A stretch of DNA of 64,000 bases, taken from Gemmatimonadales bacterium (GTDB lineage: Bacteria > Gemmatimonadota > Gemmatimonadetes > Gemmatimonadales > GWC2-71-9). This document shows, in pieces, positions 36,691 to 46,324 of the stretch. The notes below the pieces were generated by a model. It was not told where the DNA came from, did not search any database, and saw only the letters and a program-made list of their open reading frames with translations. The translations under genes and the position numbers were made by a program. Every line of letters starts with the position of its first letter. Position 1 is the first letter of the stretch. Location: assembly GCA_035637355.1 (NCBI GenBank), contig DASPXJ010000003.1:79-64078 (forward strand), in the 5' to 3' direction.

Positions 36691-37641
36691 GTGCCCACGG
36701 CTGCCTCAGGCTCCATTCCATACCATGTCCCCGTCCTCTCCGCGGCCGTGCGGGAGTGGGCCGGCGGCAGCACGCGGGCCGTCGACGCGACGCTGGGCGG
36801 CGGGGGCCACGCCGCCATCCTGCGCGATGTCGGTGCGAGTGTGCTTGGGATCGACCGTGACCCCGATGCCATTGCCGCCTCTCGCCGCCGACTTGGCACC
36901 GTCAACGTGGAGTACCTCGAAGCGTCGTTCGCCGCCCCTTCGGCCGTTGCCGCCATTCGTGAGTTCCAACCCGACCGCATCCTCCTTGATCTCGGCGTCA
37001 GCTCCCATCAGATCGATAGCGCCGAGCGCGGGTTCACGTTCCGGCCGGGGGCGCCCTTGGATATGCGAATGACGGGAAGGGGGAAGGGGGAAGGGGGAAG
37101 GGGCGTTACCGCGCGCGATGTCTTGAACAGCTGGCCCGTCGAAAGATTGGCCACGGTCTTCACCGATTACGCCGATGAGCGGCGCGGCCGCGCCTTGGCC
37201 AGGGAAATCGTGCGCCGGCGGCTGTCGGCGCCGTTTGCGATCAGCGACGACTTCGTGAACGCGATCCGCGCCGTGCTGGGACCGCGCTCGGGGCCGCCCG
37301 AGTTCGCGCGGCTGTTTCAGGCGCTGCGCATCGCGGTCAACGCAGAGCTCGAATCGCTCAGCGCCGCGCTGCCGGCCGTGCGCGACGCGCTCGTGCCCGG
37401 CGGGCGGCTGGGCGTCATCACGTATCACTCGGGCGAGGACCGCATCGTCAAGCATCAGTTTCGGGAATGGGCGCGCGCGTGCATCTGCCCGCCACGCCAA
37501 CCCGTGTGCACCTGCCGCGGCCGGGCGCTCGGCCGGGTGCTCACGAAGAAGCCGATCGTTCCCGACCCGGACGAAATCACCGCCAATCCGCGCGCCCGCT
37601 CGGCGCAATTCCGCGTGTTCGAGACCGTCGGTGACGTTTAG
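36691..37641 (+). CDS. rsmH: 16S rRNA (cytosine1402-N4)-methyltransferase RsmH/MraW
   Basis: YHVPVL, VDATLGGGGHA, LLDLGVSSHQID, GFTFRPGAPLDMRM, ITYHSGEDRIVK, ANPRARSA motifs. GTG 36691. Confidence 0.9.
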   Translation: MPTAASGSIPYHVPVLSAAVREWAGGSTRAVDATLGGGGHAAILRDVGASVLGIDRDPDAIAASRRRLGTVNVEYLEASFAAPSAVAAIREFQPDRILLDLGVSSHQIDSAERGFTFRPGAPLDMRMTGRGKGEGGRGVTARDVLNSWPVERLATVFTDYADERRGRALAREIVRRRLSAPFAISDDFVNAIRAVLGPRSGPPEFARLFQALRIAVNAELESLSAALPAVRDALVPGGRLGVITYHSGEDRIVKHQFREWARACICPPRQPVCTCRGRALGRVLTKKPIVPDPDEITANPRARSAQFRVFETVGDV

Positions 37642-37918
37642 AGGCCGGCACTGGATCGCCTTCTGGCTGGTCGCGCTGCTCGCGGCGCTCTGGGCGGTCA
37701 TCGCCCGCCAAACCTCCGCACTCAATTCGGCGCGCGCGCTCGCGGACCTGCGCGAGGAGCGCGCGTCTCTGGAAGGCCGCCGCGCGGCACTGGATCGGCG
37801 GGTGCGCACCGCCCAGAGCAGAGCCGTGCTGCTGCCGCGGGCGCAGCGACTGGGGCTGCGCTTGCCGGCTGACACCGAGATCATCCTGATCCCCGTCCCG
37901 GTGGCGGCGCCGCACTGA
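37631..37918 (+). CDS. ftsL: FtsL-like cell division protein
   Basis: 95 aa. Short cytoplasmic tail, one TM (HWIAFWLVALLAALWAVI), then a coiled coil. Sits at the canonical position between rsmH and ftsI. Confidence 0.65.
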   Translation: MTFRGRHWIAFWLVALLAALWAVIARQTSALNSARALADLREERASLEGRRAALDRRVRTAQSRAVLLPRAQRLGLRLPADTEIILIPVPVAAPH

Positions 37919-39882
37919 TGGCGAAGCCCCTGGTGCGCCTCCGGGTCGTGGAGGTCGGCCTCGCCGCCGCCCTCGTGGCGCTGCTGTTCCGCGCCGCGCA
38001 GGTGCAGCTCGTGGACGGGCGGCGCTATGCGGCCGCCGCCAAGGCGCAGCGCACCGAGCACGTGGTGCTCGACGCGCGGCGCGGCGCCCTCTACGACCGG
38101 CACGGGACCGCGATCGCGCTCACGCAGGAGACGTATCACCTCGGCATCGCGCCCAACGAGCTGCGCGATCCCTCGCGCGACATCGGCACCATCGTGCGCC
38201 AGCTCCATCTCCCGCGGGCCGATCTGGAGCGCGGGCTGCAGCGCCGCTACGCCTGGTTTGCGGGACCGTTCACGGCGACCGAGGTCCAGCCGCTGCGCAG
38301 CATGCGCGGCGTGCATCTGGAGCCGGTGATGCGGCGCTTCTATCCGTCGAACGAGTTCGCGCGCGCCGTAATCGGGAGGGTGGGGGAGGACGGTCGAGGT
38401 GGTGGAAGTGGAGGGGGAGGGCTCGAGCGCCTGCTGGACAGCCTGCTTGCTGGGACGCCGGGCTCTGCGGTTGTGCTGAAAGATCGTGAGGGGCGGGAGT
38501 ATGAATCCCCCGCGCGCGTCATCGCCGAGCCGGTCGCCGGCAACGACGTCGTGCTCACGCTCGATGCCGAGCTGCAGGAGATCGCGCAGCGCGCGCTCGA
38601 TGATGCGATCGACAACATGGAAGCCGACGGCGGCGACGTGGTCATGCTCGATCCCGCGAGCGGCGAAATCCTCGCGGTCGCGTCCCGCCGCGCCGACGGC
38701 ACGATGCGGCCGAGTGCGTTCACGGAGACGTTCGAGCCGGGGTCGCTCGCCAAGATTTTCGCCGCCGCGGCGCTGATCACGTTCGATCGCATCCGTCCCG
38801 GCGAGCGCGTCTCCGGCGAAGGCGGGACGTACCGGATGCCCGGCCGGCCGGCACCGCTGACGGACGAACATCCGCTGCCGTCGCTCACGCTCGCCGACGC
38901 GATCCGCGTGTCGAGCAACATCGCGCTGGCGAAATTCTCGGCGCGCCTGCATCCGGACGAGCAGTATGGGGTGCTCCGCGGGTTCGGGTTCGGTGCGCCG
39001 ACGGGTGTCGAGTTTCCGGCCGAATCGCCGGGCCGGCTGCGGCCGCCGCGGGAATGGTCGCGCCCCAGCTCCGCCAGCCTCGCGATCGGCTACGAGCTGG
39101 CCGTCACGCCGATCCAGCTCGCCGCGGCGTACGGCGCGATCGGGAATGACGGCGTGCTGCTCGAGCCGACGCTGATCCGCGAGATCCGCACACCCAACGG
39201 CTTCGTCCGCTACCGGCACTACCCGCAACCGGTGCGGCGCGTGGTGACGCCGGACGTGGCAGCGAAATTGCGCGACTTGTTGCGCGGCGTGGTCGCAGCG
39301 GGCGGGACGGCGGAGCGGGCGGCGCTCGCCAACTTTCAGCTGGCCGCCAAGACGGGCACGGCTCGCCGCGTGGTGGCGGGCCGCTACGCCGCCGGGCAAT
39401 ACACGGCGTCGTTCGCGGCGCTGTTTCCCGCCGACCAGCCGCAGCTCGTCGTGGTGATGAAGATCGACAGTCCCCAGAAGGGCAGCTATTTCGCCGCCCA
39501 GACCGCCGCCCCGGTGACCCGCTCGATGCTCGAGCAGGCGCTCGCCGCGCGCACCGTGGCGCTCGATCGGGCGCGTCTCTCGAACGTGGCCACGACCGCC
39601 GACCGCGCGCCGCTGGAAGAGCCCGACGGCGTCGTGCCCTACCTCGTCGCATGGCCGTATGTCCCGGACAGTGCCGCGGCGCAGCCGGACCGCATGGTCC
39701 CCAACGTGACCGGCCGGCCGTTGCGCGAGGCGGCGCGGGCACTGCACGCGCGAGGCTTTCACGTCGTGGTGAAAGGGTGGGGCATCATCCATCACACCTG
39801 GCCGGCAGCGGGCGAGCACGCGGCAGCGGGATCGACGGTCACGATGTTCGCGGAGCCCCCCCCCCCCTCGCGACGTCGATGA
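37918..39882 (+). CDS. ftsI: peptidoglycan D,D-transpeptidase FtsI (class B PBP) with C-terminal PASTA domain
   Basis: Transpeptidase motifs (PGSLAKIF = SxxK, SSN, KTGTA). C-terminal VPNVTGRPLREAARALHARGFHVVVKG PASTA-like module. TGATG junction with ftsL. Confidence 0.9.
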   Translation: MAKPLVRLRVVEVGLAAALVALLFRAAQVQLVDGRRYAAAAKAQRTEHVVLDARRGALYDRHGTAIALTQETYHLGIAPNELRDPSRDIGTIVRQLHLPRADLERGLQRRYAWFAGPFTATEVQPLRSMRGVHLEPVMRRFYPSNEFARAVIGRVGEDGRGGGSGGGGLERLLDSLLAGTPGSAVVLKDREGREYESPARVIAEPVAGNDVVLTLDAELQEIAQRALDDAIDNMEADGGDVVMLDPASGEILAVASRRADGTMRPSAFTETFEPGSLAKIFAAAALITFDRIRPGERVSGEGGTYRMPGRPAPLTDEHPLPSLTLADAIRVSSNIALAKFSARLHPDEQYGVLRGFGFGAPTGVEFPAESPGRLRPPREWSRPSSASLAIGYELAVTPIQLAAAYGAIGNDGVLLEPTLIREIRTPNGFVRYRHYPQPVRRVVTPDVAAKLRDLLRGVVAAGGTAERAALANFQLAAKTGTARRVVAGRYAAGQYTASFAALFPADQPQLVVVMKIDSPQKGSYFAAQTAAPVTRSMLEQALAARTVALDRARLSNVATTADRAPLEEPDGVVPYLVAWPYVPDSAAAQPDRMVPNVTGRPLREAARALHARGFHVVVKGWGIIHHTWPAAGEHAAAGSTVTMFAEPPPPSRRR

Positions 39883-41360
39883 GCAGATCGCTGCAGGAAG
39901 TCATCGACGCGCTCGCGCGCGCCGGCGTCTTGATCGATGCGCCGAAATCTGCCGCCGGGGGGGGCGCGCTCCCGGAAATCACGGGCCTCACCGCCGACGC
40001 GCGCCGGCTCACGCCCGGCATGCTGTTTTGCGCCGTGCGCGGTGCCGTGCTGGATGGGCACGCGTTTGTGGGCGACGCTGCCGCACGGGGAGCCGCGGCC
40101 GCGCTGGTCGAGTCGCGGCAATCAGTCGCGATTCCGCAAATCCTGGTTCGCAATGGCCGGCGCGCGGCGGCGATCGCCGCGGAGGCGTGGTACCGGCGCC
40201 CGGCGGCACGGCTGCAGCTGATCGGCGTCACGGGGACGAACGGCAAGACGACCTCGGTCATCCTCTCACAGCATGTGCTGAGCCCCCTCTGGCCGATGGG
40301 AGCGATCGGCACGCTGGGCGCATTCGATCCGTCGGGAGCGCCGGTCGAAAGCGAAGCCGGCAACCTCACGACGCCGGGTCCGATCGACCTGCAGGCGACG
40401 CTCGCCGCGCTGGTCGATCGCGGTGCCGGCGGTGTCGCCATGGAAGTGTCGTCGCACAGCCTCGATCAGGGGCGCGTCGAAGGGCTGATATTTCGCGCCG
40501 CCATCTTCACGAACCTCACGCGCGACCACCTCGACTACCACGAAACTTTCGATGCCTACTTCGCGGCGAAAGCCAGGCTCGTCGGCTATCTGGCGGACGC
40601 CGGGCTCGCGGTGATCAACGCGGACGACGCCGCGTGGGCGCGCCTCCCCCGCACGCCGCGTCGTATCACGTTCTCGGCGACGCTGCCGCGCGCCGATGTG
40701 ACGGCGCGCGACGTGCGCATCGATGCGAAGGGGGCGCATTTCACCCTCGTGACGACCGGCGGCAGTCACCCCGTCAGCCTGCCGCTACTCGGCCGCTTCA
40801 ACGTGGCGAATGCGCTCGGCGTCGCCGCCTGTGCGGTGGGACTGGACGTCCCGGCACGAGTCGTCGCCGAGCGGCTGTCGACGGCGCCGCAGGTCCCGGG
40901 TCGCATGGAGCGCATTGCCGTCGATCCCTGCGTCGTGCTGCGCGACTACGCGCACACCCCCGATGCCCTGGAGCGCGCCCTGGAGACGGTTCGCGAGGTG
41001 ACGCCGCCCGCTGGCCGCGTGATCGTCGTGTTCGGCGCGGGGGGGGACCGCGACCGCGGCAAGCGGGCGCCGATGGGGGAGATCGCGGTGCGCCTGGCCG
41101 ACGTCGCGATCGCCACGTCCGACAATCCGCGGACGGAGGATCCCGAACGGATTCTCGACGACGTCGAAGCGGGCATGAGCGGCCGGCAACACTATCGGGT
41201 CGTGGACCGCCGCGCCGCGATCGGCCAGGCGCTCGAGCTCGCGCGCCAGGGCGACACGGTCCTGTTGGCGGGGAAGGGCCACGAGACCTATCAGGTCGTC
41301 GGCACCGTCAAAGAGCCGTTCGACGAGCGGGAAGTGGTGCGCAGTCTGGGAGCGAACTGA
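39879..41360 (+). CDS. murE: UDP-N-acetylmuramoyl-L-alanyl-D-glutamate--2,6-diaminopimelate ligase
   Basis: GVTGTNGKTT, AMEVSSH, NLTRDHLDYH, DYAHTPDAL and the DNPR motif (SDNPRTEDP) typical of DAP-adding MurE. ATGA overlap with ftsI. Confidence 0.9.
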   Translation: MSRSLQEVIDALARAGVLIDAPKSAAGGGALPEITGLTADARRLTPGMLFCAVRGAVLDGHAFVGDAAARGAAAALVESRQSVAIPQILVRNGRRAAAIAAEAWYRRPAARLQLIGVTGTNGKTTSVILSQHVLSPLWPMGAIGTLGAFDPSGAPVESEAGNLTTPGPIDLQATLAALVDRGAGGVAMEVSSHSLDQGRVEGLIFRAAIFTNLTRDHLDYHETFDAYFAAKARLVGYLADAGLAVINADDAAWARLPRTPRRITFSATLPRADVTARDVRIDAKGAHFTLVTTGGSHPVSLPLLGRFNVANALGVAACAVGLDVPARVVAERLSTAPQVPGRMERIAVDPCVVLRDYAHTPDALERALETVREVTPPAGRVIVVFGAGGDRDRGKRAPMGEIAVRLADVAIATSDNPRTEDPERILDDVEAGMSGRQHYRVVDRRAAIGQALELARQGDTVLLAGKGHETYQVVGTVKEPFDEREVVRSLGAN

Positions 41361-42712
41361 TGGCCGGGCGGCCGTGGACGAGCGACGAGGTTGCCGGTGC
41401 ATTGGGGGTCCCTGCGCCGGCGAAGCTCAAGTTCAAAAGCGTAGTCACCGATACCCGACAACCGATAACCGATAACCTGTTCGTCGCCCTCAAGGGCGAG
41501 CGATTTGACGCTCACGCGTTCCTCGACAAAGCCAAAGCGCAGGGTGCCACGGCCGCGATCGTCCGGCGCGGGACACCGAAAATCGAGGGGCTGCCCTTCT
41601 TCGAGGTGGACGACACGCTCGTGGCGCTGGGTCGGCTGGCGCGGGCGCGGCGCCGCATGCTGCCCGAGGGCACGCCGGTTGTCGCCATCACCGGGTCGAG
41701 CGGCAAAACGAGCACCAAGGAAATGATCAGTGCCACCCTCGGCGCTCGCTACAGGGTGCATGCAACAGTGGGAAATCTGAATAATCTGGTCGGCGTGCCA
41801 CTCACGATCCTGAGCGCGCCGGAGGACACCGAAGCGCTGGTCGTCGAGGCGGGCGCCAGCGTCCCCGGAGAAGTCGCCCGGCTGCGCGACATCATCGAGC
41901 CTACCATCGCCGTCATCACCAACATCGGCTACGCCCACGTCGAAGGATTCGGGTCGCTGGAACGAGTGATGGCGGAGAAGCTGTCGCTGCTCGACGGCGC
42001 GCCGGTCGCCGTCATCGGGTCGGGGCCGGAGACGATGTGGCCCGAAGCCCGCCGTCGCACGCAGGTGATTCCCGCGGCGCTGCCGGGGAAGAGCGGCGAC
42101 GACGCCCTGCTCGATCGCTACCTCGACCGGGACGGCCATCCCCGCCTGTCGCTCGACTCAGGCGAGAAGGTGACCCTCCCGGCGTTGGGGCTGCATCAGC
42201 TCGAGAATGCCCAGATCGCCCTGGCGGTGGCGCAGCGGGCGGGGGTCGATCGCGACGCCGCGATCCGCGCGCTCGCGGGCGTGCAGCTGCCCGAAGGGCG
42301 CGGTGATGTCCGTGAGATCGGTGACATGGTGGTGATCGACGACACCTACAACGCCAACCCCGCCTCGTTGCGGCGGGCGGTGCAGACCGCCGCCTGGCTG
42401 GCCCGCCGGCAGCGGCGGCCGCTGGTCGTGGTGGTGGGCCCGATGTTGGAGTTAGGGCCGGAAAGTGCAAGATTGCACGCCGAAGCGGCACGCGACATCG
42501 CCCAGCGCAAGCCCGCGCTCGTCGCGGCCGTCGGTACGTTCGCGCGGGTGTTCGAGTCGCTGCGGGAGGCGTTGGGGGGGCGGTTGATCACCGCTCCCGA
42601 TGCCGACGCGCTGGGACCCAAGCTGAAATCGGCGCTGCGGGGCAACGAGCTGGTACTGCTCAAAGCTTCACGAGGAGTCGCCTTGGAACGTGTCCTCAAC
42701 TACCTGACCTGA
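41360..42712 (+). CDS. murF: UDP-N-acetylmuramoyl-tripeptide--D-alanyl-D-alanine ligase
   Basis: VVTDTRQPITDNLFVALKGERFDAHAF is collinear with E. coli MurF. ITGSSGKTSTKEM. DDTYNANP. TGATG junction with murE. Confidence 0.9.
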   Translation: MAGRPWTSDEVAGALGVPAPAKLKFKSVVTDTRQPITDNLFVALKGERFDAHAFLDKAKAQGATAAIVRRGTPKIEGLPFFEVDDTLVALGRLARARRRMLPEGTPVVAITGSSGKTSTKEMISATLGARYRVHATVGNLNNLVGVPLTILSAPEDTEALVVEAGASVPGEVARLRDIIEPTIAVITNIGYAHVEGFGSLERVMAEKLSLLDGAPVAVIGSGPETMWPEARRRTQVIPAALPGKSGDDALLDRYLDRDGHPRLSLDSGEKVTLPALGLHQLENAQIALAVAQRAGVDRDAAIRALAGVQLPEGRGDVREIGDMVVIDDTYNANPASLRRAVQTAAWLARRQRRPLVVVVGPMLELGPESARLHAEAARDIAQRKPALVAAVGTFARVFESLREALGGRLITAPDADALGPKLKSALRGNELVLLKASRGVALERVLNYLT

Positions 42713-43833
42713 TGCTCTATCATCTCCTCGCGCCGCTCGCACGCCAGCACATCATTTTCAATCTTTTCAATTACATCACGTTCCGCGTCGCGGGCGGGAC
42801 CGTGACGGCGCTGCTCCTGGCTTTCATCGTCGGCCCCTGGATCATCGGCAAGCTGCGCGCGAACCATATCGGCCAGATCGTGCGTGCCGAGGGACCGGCC
42901 AGCCATCACGCCAAGCGCGGCACGCCGACGATGGGCGGTTTGATCATCATTCTGGCCACCGTCGTGCCGACGCTGTTGTGGGCGCGGCTCGACAGCCGCT
43001 ACGTCATCGTGGCCGTCATCGCCACGCTGTGGATGGGGCTGATCGGATTCCTCGATGACTATCTGAAAATCGTGCGCGGCAAGTCGCAGGGGCTCGTCGC
43101 CCGCTGGAAGCTCGTCGGCCAGATCTCCTTCGGCGTTGGATTGGCCGTGTATCTCCTGTTGTTTCCGCTCACGAACAGCGTCGACCCCTCGGCCACGCAA
43201 CTGCCGTTCTTCAAGTACATCGTCCTGGTGCTGCCGTGGCCGATTTACCTCCTGTTCGTGACGTTCGTGACCACCGCCAGCTCGAATGCCGTGAACCTGA
43301 CGGATGGACTGGACGGGCTCGCGTCGGGACTGACCGTCATCGTCGCCGGCGCGTTCGCGATCTTTGCATATCTGTTCGGCCGTGTGGACGCGACGCGTTG
43401 GTTGCTCGTGCTCTACCTCCCGGGAGCGGGTGAGCTCGCGATCTTCTGCGGCGCACTGATGGGAGCCGCGCTCGGCTTCCTGTGGTTCAACGCGCACCCG
43501 GCGCAGGTGTTCATGGGCGATACCGGTGCGCTGGCGATCGGCGGCGCGCTCGGCACCGTGGCGATTCTCCTCAAGACCGAGTTCCTGCTGTTGATCGCGG
43601 GCGCGGTCTTCGCCGCGGAGACGTTGTCGGTCCTGATTCAGACCACCACGTACAAATGGCGCAAGCGGCGGTACGGCAGGGAATACGCCGACGCGCATAA
43701 GGTTTTCCGCATGGCGCCGCTGCATCACCATTTCGAAAAACTCGGCTGGGCCGAGCCGCAGGTGGTGATGCGCTTCTACATCCTGGGGGTGCTGTGCGCG
43801 ATGATCGCGCTGGCCACGCTCAAGGTGCGATGA
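42712..43833 (+). CDS. mraY: phospho-N-acetylmuramoyl-pentapeptide transferase
   Basis: TPTMGG, NAVNLTDGLDGLA, VFMGDTGALAIGG, PLHHHFE motifs. 10-TM profile. Confidence 0.95.
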   Translation: MLYHLLAPLARQHIIFNLFNYITFRVAGGTVTALLLAFIVGPWIIGKLRANHIGQIVRAEGPASHHAKRGTPTMGGLIIILATVVPTLLWARLDSRYVIVAVIATLWMGLIGFLDDYLKIVRGKSQGLVARWKLVGQISFGVGLAVYLLLFPLTNSVDPSATQLPFFKYIVLVLPWPIYLLFVTFVTTASSNAVNLTDGLDGLASGLTVIVAGAFAIFAYLFGRVDATRWLLVLYLPGAGELAIFCGALMGAALGFLWFNAHPAQVFMGDTGALAIGGALGTVAILLKTEFLLLIAGAVFAAETLSVLIQTTTYKWRKRRYGREYADAHKVFRMAPLHHHFEKLGWAEPQVVMRFYILGVLCAMIALATLKVR

Positions 43834-45227
43834 TCGAGCAGGTGTCCCCAACCCCCCGGCTGGTACCCGATGCCTGGCGCCGCGCGGGGAGCGTGGTGGC
43901 AATCGTCGGGCTCGGCAAGAGTGGCGTTGCCGCGGCGCGGTTGCTGGCGCGCGAAGGGGTGCGCGTCTATGCGAGCGACGCGTCCGACCATCCGTACGCC
44001 GGCGCGGCCGCCGAAGCGCTGAAGGGTGTGCCGTGGATCGACGTCGAAATCGGCCGCCACGACGTCAACAAGATTCGCCAGGCCGCCGGTGTGGTGGTCT
44101 CGCCGGGTGTCCCGCCTGACGCACCGGTCCTGACCGCCGCGCGCCATGCCGGCGTGGAAATCGTCTCCGAGCTCGATCTCGGCTTCCGCGCCCTCGCGGC
44201 CTTGCAGCCCGGCACGCGCAGCATCGCGATCACGGGAACCAACGGCAAGACCACGACGACGGCGCTCGTCGCGCATTTGCTGAGTGCTGCCGGCCTGCGC
44301 GCGACGACCGCGGGCAACATCGGCCGGCCCGTGACCGATCTCGCGCTGTCGAACGAGCGCTTCCAATGGCTCAGCCTCGAGGTCTCCTCGTTTCAATTGC
44401 ACGACAGCCCGAACTTCGCCCCCGACGTGGGTCTGTTGACCAACCTGGCGCCCGATCATCTGGACCGGTACCCGTCGGCGGACGCCTACTATGCGGACAA
44501 GCGGTTGTTGTTTCGCAACGCCGGGGATGACGACGTGTGGGTCTTGAACGCCGACGACGCGTTGGTCCTCAAGCTCGCCCAGGGGGTCGCTGGGCGCCGG
44601 GTGCACTTCTCGCTCCTGAAGCAGAGCGATGCCTGGTACGACAGTGGCAGCCGGACATTGCGGCTTGGCGGAGAGGCGCTGCTGGAGCGCGAGGGGCTGC
44701 ACCTGCTCGGCGACCACAACGTGGCGAATGCGCTGGCCGCGGCGCTCGCGGTGCACGAAGCCGGCGTACCCACGCCCTTGATTGCCGAGGGGCTGCGTTC
44801 GTTCCGGCCGCTGCCACATCGCCTCGAGCCGGTGCGCGAAGTGGACGGCGTCCTGTGGATCAACGATTCCAAGGCGACGAACATCGCGGCAACGACGGTG
44901 GCCGTGATCGCGATGCAGCGGCCGTACGTCCTGCTGCTGGGCGGCCGGCACAAGGGCGAGCCGTATACCAGCCTCGCCCCGCTGCTGGCCGATCGTTGCC
45001 GGCTCGTGATCGCCTATGGTGAAGCGGGGCCGCTCGTCGAGCAGGATCTCACAGGCAAGGTGCCGCTCGAACGCGGTACGACGTTCGAGGATGTGATCGC
45101 GCGTGCCCGGCGGGCGGCGCAACGCGGCGATGCCGTCCTGCTGTCGCCCGCGTGCTCGAGCTACGACATGTTCAAGAACTACGAGGAGCGGGGGGCCACA
45201 TTTCGGCGACTCGTCGAAGCACCGTGA
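43830..45227 (+). CDS. murD: UDP-N-acetylmuramoylalanine--D-glutamate ligase
   Basis: IVGLGKSGVAAARLL, ITGTNGKTTT, NDSKATN motifs. ATGA overlap with mraY. Confidence 0.9.
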   Translation: MIEQVSPTPRLVPDAWRRAGSVVAIVGLGKSGVAAARLLAREGVRVYASDASDHPYAGAAAEALKGVPWIDVEIGRHDVNKIRQAAGVVVSPGVPPDAPVLTAARHAGVEIVSELDLGFRALAALQPGTRSIAITGTNGKTTTTALVAHLLSAAGLRATTAGNIGRPVTDLALSNERFQWLSLEVSSFQLHDSPNFAPDVGLLTNLAPDHLDRYPSADAYYADKRLLFRNAGDDDVWVLNADDALVLKLAQGVAGRRVHFSLLKQSDAWYDSGSRTLRLGGEALLEREGLHLLGDHNVANALAAALAVHEAGVPTPLIAEGLRSFRPLPHRLEPVREVDGVLWINDSKATNIAATTVAVIAMQRPYVLLLGGRHKGEPYTSLAPLLADRCRLVIAYGEAGPLVEQDLTGKVPLERGTTFEDVIARARRAAQRGDAVLLSPACSSYDMFKNYEERGATFRRLVEAP

Positions 45228-46324
45228 CCTGGGAAGGGCGGCTGCTCGCCGTCGTGACGGCCGTGCTCGTCGTATTCGGCCTGGCGGCGGTGTACGGCGC
45301 CTCGAGTCTCGTCACGACCGCCGGTGGCCAGGTAGGCGCGAGCTTCGCGCTGCGCCAGGCGGTGGGCGCCGCCGTCGGCGGCCTGCTGGCCATTGTATTC
45401 GCCCGCATGGACTATCACCGCTGGCGGCGCTGGGCGTGGCCGCTGCTCGGCGTCACCGTGCTGCTGCTGCTCATTCCCTTGCTGCCCTTCACCCATCCCA
45501 TCACGCCGACGATCAATGGCGCGCGCCGCTGGGTGAACCTCGGCGTGTTGACGCTGCAGCCATCGGAGCTCGCCAAGTTCGCGGTCGTGGTGTGGTGCGC
45601 GATGCTCGCCGCGAAGAAAGGGGAGCAGCTGCGCGACTTCAAGCTCGGCGTGCTGCCCTTCGTCGTCATTCTCGGGCCGGTCGTCGGTCTGATCTTCCTC
45701 GAGCCGCATCTGTCGATGGCGCTGCTCGTCGCCGTGCTGGCGGGGAGCGTGCTGTTTACCGCCGGCGCCCGCATCGGGCATTTCCTCGCGCTCGGCGTGG
45801 CGGCCGGGCCGCTGCTCTACGGCGCCGTGGCGACGGCGCAGTACCGGCTCGCCCGCGTGCTGACGTTTTTGAACCCCGGCGCCGCCCCCACGGAGGCGAC
45901 GTGGCAGGTCCAGCAATCGCTCACCGGCATCGGCGCGGGACAGCTGCTGGGCGCGGGGTTCGGACAGGGGCAACAGAAGCTCGGTTACCTGCCCTACGCC
46001 TATTCCGATTTCATTTTTTCGACGATCGGCGAGGAGTGGGGCTTCCTTGGCGTGGTGATGATCGCGCTGCTGTTCGGAACGTTCGTCTGGCTCGGCTTTC
46101 GCATCGCGCGCCACGCCGCCGATCCCTTCGGGCAACTGCTTGCGACGGGCATCAGCGTGATGATCGGCCTGAGCGTCGTGCTGCACATCGGCGTCAGCCT
46201 GGCGGTGATTCCGGCGACGGGCGTGACGCTGCCGTTCATGTCGTATGGGCGGTCGTCACTGATTGTCGCGCTCGCGGCGACCGGTGTGTTGGCGAGTGTT
46301 GGGAGGGCTCGACGTGTGTCGTAA
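45224..46324 (+). CDS. ftsW: SEDS-family peptidoglycan polymerase FtsW
   Basis: Polytopic membrane protein. QPSELAKF, SDFIFSTIGEEWGF, TGVTLPFMSYGRSS motifs. GTGA overlap with murD. Confidence 0.9.
   Translation: MTWEGRLLAVVTAVLVVFGLAAVYGASSLVTTAGGQVGASFALRQAVGAAVGGLLAIVFARMDYHRWRRWAWPLLGVTVLLLLIPLLPFTHPITPTINGARRWVNLGVLTLQPSELAKFAVVVWCAMLAAKKGEQLRDFKLGVLPFVVILGPVVGLIFLEPHLSMALLVAVLAGSVLFTAGARIGHFLALGVAAGPLLYGAVATAQYRLARVLTFLNPGAAPTEATWQVQQSLTGIGAGQLLGAGFGQGQQKLGYLPYAYSDFIFSTIGEEWGFLGVVMIALLFGTFVWLGFRIARHAADPFGQLLATGISVMIGLSVVLHIGVSLAVIPATGVTLPFMSYGRSSLIVALAATGVLASVGRARRVS

Noticed and set aside
36706-39819. 1037-aa minus-strand ORF antisense to rsmH-ftsL-ftsI
   Set aside because: The same GC-driven artefact. 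It spans three well-supported + strand genes and has no recognisable domain.
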